In this document: positions 31,246 to 40,712 of the stretch, piece after piece
Numbering within the stretch: the first letter of the stretch is position 1
How the letters are laid out: each line of letters begins with the position of its first letter
Assembly: GCA_018646625.1 (NCBI GenBank)
Contig: JABGUJ010000003.1
Coordinates: forward strand, 1 to 64,000
Direction of reading: 5' to 3'
Length of the DNA: 64,000 nucleotides
Origin: Candidatus Woesearchaeota archaeon
GTDB lineage: Archaea; Nanobdellota; Nanobdellia; Woesearchaeales; JABGUJ01
Translations under genes and position numbers: made by a program
Notes under the pieces: generated by a model
Database searches by the model: none
What the model saw: only the letters and a program-made list of their open reading frames with translations
What the model was told of the DNA's origin: nothing

Positions 31246-31971
31246 ATGGATCTAAAAGAGTTAATTCTAAGACTACATGCGCGAGAGCTTAAACCTGACG
31301 GAATAGAACTTGTCAGAAAAGTTGAACTAGCAGAGTTAGATGAAAGTGACCTAGAACTAATGGTATTTAGAAAAGAAGATGATACTGCCACAACTGTTGA
31401 CATAGTTAGAGGAACAACTCTTTGGCGAGAAGGACTTGAAAGATATCCAAAATTCAGAGGAGCAATAGTAAGAAGCGGATCACTTCAAAGAGTTATAGTT
31501 AAAGACTCAGCAATAGTAGATGAAGGAAAAGAAAGAAATTTACTAGAAGAAGGCAGAATATACACAATCCCTGAAGAATTGATAACATCAGGAAAAGTAT
31601 TTGAGTCTTTACTACCAGAAAATGCAATCATGCAATTCTACTTTACAGAAGGCAGAGGACCAGCAAATGTTTTTGGTGTAACAAGAATAACAAGCTTAGA
31701 CCAAATAGTTCCCGGCAGTAGAATTATGATTGACAAAGATGGCGGAATAAACAGCTTTGAAGAAATAAGAGTAGACGAAGCATTAACCGACGAGTTCAGA
31801 GACGAGCCTGCAAGATTAATAACCGCAGGTCATCACAGAGAAGCTTATGCCACACAAGATAGAGGAGTTAGATATATGAGCACAGGGTGGATAGTTGGCT
31901 CAAGACGCATGGCTTTATACCCAGTACCAGAATCACTCGTAAAAACCGGAAACGTATACAGAATAAGATAG
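31246..31971 (+). CDS. hypothetical protein
   Basis: Long ORF with host codon usage; TATA at 31212-31219 favours the ATG at 31246. Confidence 0.7.
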   Translation: MDLKELILRLHARELKPDGIELVRKVELAELDESDLELMVFRKEDDTATTVDIVRGTTLWREGLERYPKFRGAIVRSGSLQRVIVKDSAIVDEGKERNLLEEGRIYTIPEELITSGKVFESLLPENAIMQFYFTEGRGPANVFGVTRITSLDQIVPGSRIMIDKDGGINSFEEIRVDEALTDEFRDEPARLITAGHHREAYATQDRGVRYMSTGWIVGSRRMALYPVPESLVKTGNVYRIR

Positions 31972-32016
31972 AACAACAAAATCTATTTAAATAACATACC
32001 CACCACGTTCTTCACA

Positions 32017-33324
32017 ATGACATTTACAAGTATACAAGAAGCTATGAACAAAGGAGACGGAGAAGTTTCCATAAGAGGATGGGTCCACAGAGAAAGAGGA
32101 TCAAATAAAATCAAGTTTATTTCATTAAGAGATTCTACCAACGTAATACAATGTGTTGTAGAGAAAGAAGTTCTTGGAGAAGAAAAATGGGCAGAAACTA
32201 GCCTATTCAAGATGGAAGCTTCAGCAGCAATACACGGTAACATTAGAAAAGATGAAAGAGCACCTACTGGCTACGAAATAAATGTAACAGACTTTGCAAT
32301 CATAGGCAAGTCAGATACATTCCCAATAACTAGAGATCAATCACCAGAATTTTTACTAGATAAAAGACATCTATGGTTGAGATCTCGAAAAATGACTGCA
32401 ATGATGAAAATCAGATCTACAGTCACAGGAGCAATCCACGATTTCTTTAGACAAAGAGGATACTTTGAGTTTACTCCACCTATTTTGCAACCAAATCAAT
32501 GTGAAGGTGGTTCAACTTTATTCGAAGTTAAATACTACAAAGATAAAACATACCTATCACAAACATGGCAACTATATGCAGAGGCAGCAATCTTCGCATT
32601 AGAAAAAGTATACGACATGTCTCCAACATTCAGAGCAGAGAAATCAAAAACATCTCGACACTTAAGCGAATTCTGGATGGCAGAGATGGAAGCCGCATGG
32701 ATGGATTACAAAGAATGTTCAGAAGTTGCAAAAGCAGAACTAAAATTCATTGTTCAACAAGTTCTAGAAAAGAATCAAGCAGAATTAAAAGTGCTAGAGC
32801 GAGATGTTAGTAAATTAACTCCAACAGCAGAAAACAAACTACCTACAATAACATATACTGAAGCATTGAAAATGTTAAAAGAAAAATGCGACCTGGATGT
32901 TGAATGGGGTAAAGATCTTAGAACTGTTGAAGAAGATAAATTGGCAACTTTATTCGACACACCCGTTGTCGTAACACATTATCCTAAAGAAATAATGGCA
33001 TTCTACAAACCTACTGACGACACTCAAACTGACGCACCAGGACCAGTTGCAAAATGTTTTGATGTTATTGCGCCCGAAGGTTATGGAGAAATAGTTGGCG
33101 GAAGTGAAAGAGATACAGACATCGACGAACTAAAGAAAGCACTAGAAGCTGATGGCGAAGATGTGGCCAATTATCAATTCTATTTTGACACAAGACTGTA
33201 CGGCAGTGTTCCACACTCAGGTTATGGTGTTGGTGTAGAAAGAGTTATCGCATGGATTTGCGGATTGGAAAACATCAAAGATGCAATACCATTCCCAAGA
33301 ACTATGTTGAGAAAAGAACCTTAA
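32017..33324 (+). CDS. asnS: asparagine--tRNA ligase
   Basis: OB fold (IRGWVHR), RHLWLRS, LSQTWQLY, motif 2 FRAEKSKTSRHLSEFW, motif 3 HSGYGVGVER. Confidence 0.93.
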   Translation: MTFTSIQEAMNKGDGEVSIRGWVHRERGSNKIKFISLRDSTNVIQCVVEKEVLGEEKWAETSLFKMEASAAIHGNIRKDERAPTGYEINVTDFAIIGKSDTFPITRDQSPEFLLDKRHLWLRSRKMTAMMKIRSTVTGAIHDFFRQRGYFEFTPPILQPNQCEGGSTLFEVKYYKDKTYLSQTWQLYAEAAIFALEKVYDMSPTFRAEKSKTSRHLSEFWMAEMEAAWMDYKECSEVAKAELKFIVQQVLEKNQAELKVLERDVSKLTPTAENKLPTITYTEALKMLKEKCDLDVEWGKDLRTVEEDKLATLFDTPVVVTHYPKEIMAFYKPTDDTQTDAPGPVAKCFDVIAPEGYGEIVGGSERDTDIDELKKALEADGEDVANYQFYFDTRLYGSVPHSGYGVGVERVIAWICGLENIKDAIPFPRTMLRKEP

Positions 33325-34367
33325 GAGATTCTTTTCATCTCAAATTCTTTTTCTTCTCTATTACTATTCTCAAAACTTATCTCCCCAGTAACTCCAGAAT
33401 ATGAAACAGTAGACAAATACTCAGAAACACACTCCGACTCAACACAACCAAACTCAATCGCATCCAATAATAAATTCATAGCATCATATGCATATGCCGC
33501 AGAAGGCGATGGTTTCTTAGAATAATATTCTTCAAAATGGTAATTAAATTCTAAAGAAGAATTCTCAACAACAGGATATGGATAATACGTACCTTCAATC
33601 TCAGGAAATTCATCTAATAAGATAGGAGTTTCAGTATTTGATGTTGCATACAACACAACAGAATCTAACAAACCCAATTCTTTAGCTTGACGAGTAAACT
33701 GACCTTGAGGAGGATAATAAGCAAACGCACCAAACACAGCATCAACATTTAATGATTTAATTTTCGTCACGACAGACCTATAATCATTTTCATAGGTGTC
33801 AACTGCAAACACTTCAACAACAGTAACATTATTCTCTAAAGAAAATTTCACAAAAGAATTTTTAATCTCCTCAGCCCAATCATTCTGATTATACACGATC
33901 ACAACTCTACTAAGATTAACCAAACCCATATGATTAACAACAGGTTTAACTTCTTGATCAGTTGTCGACCATAAATTAAAATAATACTTAGACGGGATAG
34001 TCACTAAACCAGAAGATGGAGAAACAAAAACAGTAGAATAATCTTTTGCCAACCCGCTAGCAATCTGTCCAAACCAAGTAGGCCCTATAATAAAGTCTAC
34101 ATCATCAAAAGAAACTAACTTCTTAACTGCAGTTACAGTTTTAGGAAAACTAGTTTCACAATCTTCAACCACAAAATCAACATAACTTATATTTCTCTCA
34201 ACTAAAGACAATTGAGCACCAAGCATTTCACTCTCACCCCAAAAAGCACCTGCACCAGTTAGATGAAACAAACCACCAATCTTAATCTTCTCACTTCTGA
34301 CAACCTCACCTGAAACCCCACAACCAACTATCAAAAGTAACAAAGCTAACGCTAACATCTTATTCAT
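33321..34367 (-). CDS. ABC transporter substrate-binding protein, branched-chain amino acid (LivJ-like) family
   Basis: Signal/lipobox, KIGGLFHLTG, IIGP, DYRSVVTKIK, AYAYDA, YSGVTGEISF; SD GGAGGT before the ATG at 34367. Confidence 0.9.
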   Translation of the reverse strand: MNKMLALALLLLIVGCGVSGEVVRSEKIKIGGLFHLTGAGAFWGESEMLGAQLSLVERNISYVDFVVEDCETSFPKTVTAVKKLVSFDDVDFIIGPTWFGQIASGLAKDYSTVFVSPSSGLVTIPSKYYFNLWSTTDQEVKPVVNHMGLVNLSRVVIVYNQNDWAEEIKNSFVKFSLENNVTVVEVFAVDTYENDYRSVVTKIKSLNVDAVFGAFAYYPPQGQFTRQAKELGLLDSVVLYATSNTETPILLDEFPEIEGTYYPYPVVENSSLEFNYHFEEYYSKKPSPSAAYAYDAMNLLLDAIEFGCVESECVSEYLSTVSYSGVTGEISFENSNREEKEFEMKRIS

Positions 34368-34425
34368 TCTAACTACCTCCGCCCAAACACAACCAAATAA
34401 TAAGAAAAGAAGCATATAAAACATC

Positions 34426-34446
34426 ATTCAGCAGTTACTGTTGAAT
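34426..34446. promoter_or_regulatory. candidate operator palindrome between divergent TATA boxes
   Basis: ATTCAGCAG-TTA-CTGTTGAAT (8/9 inverted match) lies between TTTATAT on the minus strand (34414-34420) and TTTAAATA on the plus strand (~34457-34464). Confidence 0.55.
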
Positions 34447-34489
34447 AATACAAACATTTAAATAGAAAAAGCACAATATAGGCTTTAAA

Positions 34490-35251
34490 ATGCAAGAATT
34501 AAAAGAAATAGGATTAACAGATGGAGAGATAAAAGTCTACTTAGCATTACTAGAACTAGGTCCATCAACCAATTCACCCATTGCGAACAAAACAAGAATG
34601 CAAGCATCAAGTGTATACTATTGTCTCAACTCATTGATCAACAAAGGTTTTGTAAGTTACGTAATAAAAGCAAACAGAAAAAATTTTGAAGCAAATGATC
34701 CCGATAGCATTCCCGAAATAATCAATGAAAACATAAAGAAACTAGAACAACAAAAGAAAAAGATTAATTCTTTGGTACCAAAGTTAAAACTAAAACAAAA
34801 CTTCGCAAAGAAAAAGAGTCTTGCTGTCGTCTACGAAGGATTCAACGGACTCAAAACAATCTTCAATAACCTAAGACAAAACTTAAACAAAGGAGAAACA
34901 TTTTGTGCATTTGCCATAGGTCAAAAAACAGAAGAAAACAAAGCACTCCAGTTATTTTTTCAACAACACAATAGAGAACTAAAGAAAAAAGGCATTAAAC
35001 TAAAACTGTTATCAGAAGAAAGTTCAAGAAAAATCTTCAAAGAAATGTACGGCTCAAGATTCTTGGAAGGTCAACAAGAACTAAAGTACACAAAAGAAAC
35101 AATACCCTCCGGGGTCACAATCTGGAAAGATAACGTAGTCATTCATGTATGGGATGGCCTAGAACCTATGTCATTTATGATTACAAACCCTCAAGTAGCC
35201 GAAAACTACCAGAAATACTTTGATTCTATATGGGAGAAAGCCTCACCCTAA
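34490..35251 (+). CDS. TrmB-family transcriptional regulator
   Basis: Winged HTH LKEIGLTDGEIKVYLALL...SVYYCLNSLINKGFV, VYEG..G, C-terminal YFDSIW. Confidence 0.9.
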   Translation: MQELKEIGLTDGEIKVYLALLELGPSTNSPIANKTRMQASSVYYCLNSLINKGFVSYVIKANRKNFEANDPDSIPEIINENIKKLEQQKKKINSLVPKLKLKQNFAKKKSLAVVYEGFNGLKTIFNNLRQNLNKGETFCAFAIGQKTEENKALQLFFQQHNRELKKKGIKLKLLSEESSRKIFKEMYGSRFLEGQQELKYTKETIPSGVTIWKDNVVIHVWDGLEPMSFMITNPQVAENYQKYFDSIWEKASP

Positions 35252-35283
35252 ACTATTTAAATAGGCCACATTTCCAAGAAATC

Positions 35284-35961
35284 ATGCATATATTAATAAC
35301 AGATTTCCAAGGAAACCCAAATGTAGGGCTTTACGGCTTTGCAACTGATGAATATTGCCTACTTGGTAAAGATGTCAGTGAAGAAAAAGCTGAAGAAATA
35401 TCTAAAGTACTGAAAGTTCCAACACACAGAATAAATATTTGTGGAACATCTTTAGTTGGAGTTTTTGTAACTGGAAATACAAATAAACTTCTCGTTCCAA
35501 GTATCGCATTTGAAAGCGAACTTAAAGTCCTAGAAAAATTAAAAATTGATTATGAAGTTATTGAAACAAAATTAACTGCTTTAGGCAACAACATTCTTTG
35601 CAACGATAATGGCGCATTAGTTAATCCAGACTTTCCAGCCACTGTTAAAAAAAGAATCAGACAAGCACTTAATGTACAATTAAAACCAGGCACAATTGCA
35701 CGAATGCATAATGTAGGATCATTATCAATTTCACATCAATCAAAATGCGTAATTCATAGAGACGCAGATAAAGAAGATATGGAAATCATAAGTGAACTTC
35801 TAAACTTAGAAGTAGAACTAGGCACAGTAAACATGGGAAGCCCATACTTGAGATCAGGAATAATTTGCAATAGTAACGGATTCATTGTTGGCGAAAGTTC
35901 AGGAGGACCTGAAATAGCACAACTAGATGAATCATTAGGCTTCTTAGATGAAGAATTATAA
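35284..35961 (+). CDS. eif6: translation initiation factor 6 (aIF6)
   Basis: GNPNVGLY, TALGNNILCNDNGALV, GTVNMGSPYLRSG..NSNG; conserved position before pfdA-ftsY. Confidence 0.95.
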   Translation: MHILITDFQGNPNVGLYGFATDEYCLLGKDVSEEKAEEISKVLKVPTHRINICGTSLVGVFVTGNTNKLLVPSIAFESELKVLEKLKIDYEVIETKLTALGNNILCNDNGALVNPDFPATVKKRIRQALNVQLKPGTIARMHNVGSLSISHQSKCVIHRDADKEDMEIISELLNLEVELGTVNMGSPYLRSGIICNSNGFIVGESSGGPEIAQLDESLGFLDEEL

Positions 35962-35977
35962 TTATAAGAGGGACAAA

Positions 35978-36391
35978 ATGGCAGAAGAAAACGAAAAAGA
36001 AATGCAACAAAAGTATATGGAACTTCAAATGATGCAACAGCATATGCAACAAGTCCAACAACAGCTACAGAAAATGGACCAGCAAATGATGGAACTTAAG
36101 AACATGGAAGAAAGTGTTGGCGAGTTAAGTAAAGTTGAAGCTGGAAATGAAATTCTACTACCAATATGTTCAGGAGTCTTTGTAAAAGCAAAGATACAAG
36201 ATACTAACGAACTATTCGTAAACGTTGGAAGCGATGTAACTGTTAAGAAAGATAACAAATCAGTTCAAAAAATGATTGTAGATCAAATTGAAGAAATAAA
36301 CCAATACAAAGAAGAGATCAACCAACAAATGTCCCAGATCCAAGAACAATCAGGGCTTATTGAAAAAGAGATTCAAAGTAGAGCAAAATAA
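35978..36391 (+). CDS. pfdA: prefoldin subunit alpha
   Basis: Coiled coils flanking EILLPICSGVFVKAKI..LFVNVGS; synteny. Confidence 0.93.
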   Translation: MAEENEKEMQQKYMELQMMQQHMQQVQQQLQKMDQQMMELKNMEESVGELSKVEAGNEILLPICSGVFVKAKIQDTNELFVNVGSDVTVKKDNKSVQKMIVDQIEEINQYKEEINQQMSQIQEQSGLIEKEIQSRAK

Positions 36392-36393
36392 AA

Positions 36394-38220
36394 ATGTTTG
36401 GCTTCTTAAAAAAGAAACTCAAGGAAACTGTAGAGAAGTTCTCTAAGGAAGTAGACGAAGAAACAGAAGAATTTACAGAGGAAGAACTTAAAGACGAGAA
36501 AATACAGGAAGAGATTGAGAAAAAAGACAAAGAAGTAAAACCAAAAGTAAAGAAACCTAAAGCTAAAAAAGAAAAGCCAAAGAAAGAAGTTGTTAAAGAA
36601 CCAGAACTCACAGAAACAAAAGAAGAAGAAGAAATCAAAGGCGTTAAGATAACATATTATGTTCACGGCACAACAACAGATAACGAAGAACACCTAGCAA
36701 CAGGACACGCACCTGGTGAGTTATCAGAACTTGGAAAAGAACAAGCAGAGAATCTAAAAGAATTTGCCAAAGACAAAACATTCAACGTTGTATTCTGTTC
36801 AGATCTGAAAAGAGCAATTGATTCTGCAGAATTAGGATTCAAAGATCAATACAAGATAATACAAGACGTAAGACTAAGAGAAGCAGACTACGGAGATCTC
36901 ACTCAAAAACCCTGCAGCGAATTCAAACAAGACATGCCAAAGTATGTCGAGAAACAGTTCCCTAATGGCGAGAGTTATATAGATGTAGAAATTCGAATTG
37001 CAGAATTCTTAAATCACCTTTACGATAAATACTACGGACAACACATAGCAATTGTCGCACATCAAGCACCACAATTAGCACTGGACGTCCTCCTGAAAAA
37101 AAGAACATGGAATCAAGCGATTGCAGAAGACTGGAGACTTAAAAAAGCATGGCAACCTGGTTGGGATTATTTTATAGAAGAAAAAGTCAAAGTTCCCGAA
37201 GCACCAGAATACTCCGAAGACATTGAAGAAAAAGAAGAACCCAAAGAAGAAAAGAAAGGTTTCCTAGGAAAACTCTTTGGAAAGAAAAAAGAAGAGCCTA
37301 AAGAAGAAGAATTACCAGAAGAACCTGTTGAAGAAAAAGAAGATTCTAGTATTTTTGGCAAGTTAAAAGATGTTGTAACAAAGAAAGCAGTTTCTGAAGA
37401 GAAATTCGAAGAACTATTTTTCGATCTAGAGGTTGCAATGTTAGAAAACAATGTAGCGCTAGAAGTCATAGAAAAAATAAAAGAAGACCTTAAGAAAGAA
37501 TTAGTAGACACTAAAGTACTAAGAGGTCAAATACAAGAGATTATAGCAAACACACTATCAAATTCTATTGCAGAACTATTCAAAGTTGAGCCTATAGACG
37601 TTATAGAGAAGATAAAAGAAAGCAAAGATCCATTCGTTATAGCATTTATTGGAATCAACGGTTCAGGTAAGACTACAACAATAGGTAAATTTGCAAAACT
37701 ATGCCAGAACAACGGACTAAAACCAGTAATGGCGGCAGCAGATACATTCAGAGCAGCAGCAATACAACAACTAGAAGAGCATGCAAAAAGATTAGATGTC
37801 AAGATGATAAAACATGACTACGGCTCAGACCCTGCAGCAGTCGGATTTGACGCAATAAAATTTGCAAAAGCCAAAGGATACGATGTTGTATTAATTGACA
37901 CAGCAGGAAGATTACATTCAAATGCAAACTTAATGGATGAAATGAAGAAAATCATCAGAGTTTGCACACCAGATATGAAACTATTCATAGGAGAAAGCAT
38001 AACAGGAAATGATTGCGTAGAACAAGCCACAAAATTCAATGAAGCCGTAGGAATTGACGGAATAATTCTCAGCAAAGTCGATGTTGATGACAAAGGCGGC
38101 GCAGCAATTTCCGTATCACATGTAACTGGCAAACCAATTTTATACATAGGAACTGGCCAAGACTATGAAGACATGAAAAAGTTTGACAAAAACATAATTC
38201 TAGATAATTTAGGAATATAA
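36394..38220 (+). CDS. ftsY: SRP receptor FtsY with an inserted histidine-phosphatase (PGM-like) domain
   Basis: MFGFLKKKL N-terminus; NG-domain motifs GINGSGKTTT, DTFRAAA, DTAGR, KVDVDDKGG; internal VHG..SDLKRA..RLRE..GES..VAH domain. Confidence 0.95.
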   Translation: MFGFLKKKLKETVEKFSKEVDEETEEFTEEELKDEKIQEEIEKKDKEVKPKVKKPKAKKEKPKKEVVKEPELTETKEEEEIKGVKITYYVHGTTTDNEEHLATGHAPGELSELGKEQAENLKEFAKDKTFNVVFCSDLKRAIDSAELGFKDQYKIIQDVRLREADYGDLTQKPCSEFKQDMPKYVEKQFPNGESYIDVEIRIAEFLNHLYDKYYGQHIAIVAHQAPQLALDVLLKKRTWNQAIAEDWRLKKAWQPGWDYFIEEKVKVPEAPEYSEDIEEKEEPKEEKKGFLGKLFGKKKEEPKEEELPEEPVEEKEDSSIFGKLKDVVTKKAVSEEKFEELFFDLEVAMLENNVALEVIEKIKEDLKKELVDTKVLRGQIQEIIANTLSNSIAELFKVEPIDVIEKIKESKDPFVIAFIGINGSGKTTTIGKFAKLCQNNGLKPVMAAADTFRAAAIQQLEEHAKRLDVKMIKHDYGSDPAAVGFDAIKFAKAKGYDVVLIDTAGRLHSNANLMDEMKKIIRVCTPDMKLFIGESITGNDCVEQATKFNEAVGIDGIILSKVDVDDKGGAAISVSHVTGKPILYIGTGQDYEDMKKFDKNIILDNLGI

Positions 38221-38236
38221 AAAAAGAAAAAGAAAC

Positions 38237-39097
38237 TTACGGAGTGTAAGTTTGAATTGCGTGTTCTATTGATTTTGGATCAAATCCCAGTTGTGCAAAT
38301 TTCACTTCACAGTCCCCATTAAGATATACAAACGCAGGCACACCAGGTGCATCTAAAGCCTCTGCAACCCTCCGACCATCACGCCTTTCTATGTCGTATT
38401 TAACAAAATCAACATCTCGACCATACTTTTCAATGAGAGAACTAAATTCAGCACTATCTTCCGCATGCGTACATGCAGGACACCAATCGGCAGCAACCAT
38501 TATCACCGCAGGTCTTCCCTCACTACAAAGATCGCCAAACACTTCATGACCATCTAACGCTTGTGCATTATCAGAAAACACTTTACGTCTCGCCATATCT
38601 GATGCTTGCAACAAGCTTTCCGCAATTCCACCATCGTAAGATCCCATCAACTGCGCACCCATTCTTAATGCCTTCACGGTATGACCATCCACAACATCAT
38701 GATCTGCCTGATATTGTACCAACTCAAGTAAATGTTGAACCGCTTGAAGAGAGTTATCTTGTCTGTGAGAGTCTTTTGCCATCAGCGCTAAACCCAAAAC
38801 ATGACTTTCGTCATAAGTATCAATCGCAGCAAGATAACCATCCGAGTAAAGCTTACGAATTACCTCCATCGATCTAGGATCATCTTCATTAACAACACCA
38901 CTAATAGCATCGTCTAAAGTCGATTCCAAATCAAGATCAGCACGCGTATCAGGTTCAAGCGTCCTTTCATAAAGCATAGAACTACTAGCTCCAGGTCTAT
39001 CACCTAAACAATCACCAACTTTTTGACCCGTACTCGCACAACCAGCACCTAATGCTAAAAGCAAAGCACCAGTTGTAACAATTTTTCCTAATCCCAT
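38237..39097 (-). CDS. lipoprotein with C-terminal thioredoxin domain
   Basis: LALGAGC lipobox-like signal, ADWCPAC active site, GVPAF cis-Pro motif. Confidence 0.85.
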   Translation of the reverse strand: MGLGKIVTTGALLLALGAGCASTGQKVGDCLGDRPGASSSMLYERTLEPDTRADLDLESTLDDAISGVVNEDDPRSMEVIRKLYSDGYLAAIDTYDESHVLGLALMAKDSHRQDNSLQAVQHLLELVQYQADHDVVDGHTVKALRMGAQLMGSYDGGIAESLLQASDMARRKVFSDNAQALDGHEVFGDLCSEGRPAVIMVAADWCPACTHAEDSAEFSSLIEKYGRDVDFVKYDIERRDGRRVAEALDAPGVPAFVYLNGDCEVKFAQLGFDPKSIEHAIQTYTP

Positions 39098-39109
39098 TTT
39101 ATATTCCTC

Positions 39110-39859
39110 CTAAAGCCAAGTACCTGTTGGTTTTACCTCAGGTTTAACACTCTCAGGTAACACAGGCATTTCTGAACAACAATCTTGAACATATAGCACA
39201 GACGCAGCAAGTCCAGTAATCAGATCATACATACACCCTACTACTTTACCCTCAGGAGTATCAAACAATTGCACACTCGACGGATCAACACAATCATCGG
39301 ACAAAAGTTCTCTTCCCTCTTGCGGATTAAGAGCATAAAGCTGTGAAGTCATCGAAACCAGGTCACCATCTCTGAACGTAGAAACTGAGGCAACAGCTTG
39401 CTCAGCAACGCCATCTGCTTTTTTGTCAACAAAATAAGAAGATACTAAACTTTGCGGATTGTCACTATCTCGCGCAGTCACCATCAACTCAAGATCGTCA
39501 CCTTTAACTCTAATATTTAGATACATATCACCAAGATTAATATCAAGAGTACGCTCACCATCAACCAGCGTACCGTTCTTAGCAACATAATCATGAACAA
39601 ATTCAGAATACTTAGCCACAGAACCATCATTACATCTAGGTTCACCAACTTTATCAACAAACTTTTTTACTTCACCCGGACTTAGAAAATCCAAAAGACC
39701 TTCACCTTGATCTGCCACAGGCGCAACTTGCACAACAGACGCAGGATCTATCAAAGCATCCAAACTATCCATTTCTTCACCCTGCACAGGCGCTCCCAAT
39801 AATAAAACAGATAATCCTGCCGCAACTCCCAAACCTTTCAATCCATCAATTACTTTCAT
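39110..39859 (-). CDS. hypothetical secreted protein
   Basis: Signal peptide, SD GGAGG, apparent operon with its neighbours. Confidence 0.75.
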   Translation of the reverse strand: MKVIDGLKGLGVAAGLSVLLLGAPVQGEEMDSLDALIDPASVVQVAPVADQGEGLLDFLSPGEVKKFVDKVGEPRCNDGSVAKYSEFVHDYVAKNGTLVDGERTLDINLGDMYLNIRVKGDDLELMVTARDSDNPQSLVSSYFVDKKADGVAEQAVASVSTFRDGDLVSMTSQLYALNPQEGRELLSDDCVDPSSVQLFDTPEGKVVGCMYDLITGLAASVLYVQDCCSEMPVLPESVKPEVKPTGTWL

Positions 39860-39874
39860 TCTATTTTCCTCCCA

Positions 39875-40582
39875 TTACTTCTGATTTCTGTAAGCAATAT
39901 CTCTCATTTCTTTCAAAACATCTTTAGAATAATCACAAACAGTGATTTGATCTTTAGAAAAATCAATCTTAACTTTAGGCGGCTCATAGCCCACACCATG
40001 AAATGAAGTTTTCATCTCATAACTTAACCTAACAAGAATATCTCTACCTCTTGGACCATTAAGAGTTCCAGAATCATTTCTCTTAGCCCAATGTTCATTC
40101 TTTCCAATATCTACTCTACCTCTTTCAATCAAAGAACTAAGATAATTTCTAGATTGAGTAGAACTTTTCTGAAACAATGCACATCTACCAAGAACTTTCT
40201 TTGCAACTTCTTCAGGAACAGTTTTTACAGCAAACGGATCTTCAGGATTAATAAAATCCCTTAAACTATCTAAACTGTAGAAACTGTCAACATAAGGAGT
40301 AATATCAGTTGCCTCAACCCAACCATTATCACTTTCTTGAATAAACTTAACATGCGCTTGCTGAACTAATGAAAGATATGATTCCATGTAACCATTCCTA
40401 TAATTTAGAAACTCACCATTCTGTATAATGGTAACAGCGTTATCAAAACCTACAAAATTCTCAAGTTTTGTAAACTCATCATCAAATTCATCTAATGTTT
40501 TCTTTGACGCAGCCTTTGATGCCCTATCTGCAGGTATATCAAAAGTCTCCGTCAACATTTCCTCTAGCAATTCACAACTCAT
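39875..40582 (-). CDS. hypothetical protein
   Basis: 235-aa ORF with SD AGGTGG upstream. Confidence 0.75.
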   Translation of the reverse strand: MSCELLEEMLTETFDIPADRASKAASKKTLDEFDDEFTKLENFVGFDNAVTIIQNGEFLNYRNGYMESYLSLVQQAHVKFIQESDNGWVEATDITPYVDSFYSLDSLRDFINPEDPFAVKTVPEEVAKKVLGRCALFQKSSTQSRNYLSSLIERGRVDIGKNEHWAKRNDSGTLNGPRGRDILVRLSYEMKTSFHGVGYEPPKVKIDFSKDQITVCDYSKDVLKEMRDIAYRNQK

Positions 40583-40617
40583 ATTTTACCACCTAGAGAG
40601 AAAAAGCTCAGAAAAGA

Positions 40618-40680
40618 TATATACTTAATTCATATAGTATATAACTAAGTATATACACATATATAATAGAAAAGTATATA
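40618..40680. promoter_or_regulatory. candidate operator: inverted repeat plus AGTATATA direct repeats
   Basis: TATATACTTAATT (40618-40630) versus AACTAAGTATATA (40643-40655), 12/13 inverted match; AGTATATA occurs three times. Confidence 0.45.
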
Positions 40681-40712
40681 TATCAGACACGACTTACCAT
40701 ATACGATTTAAA

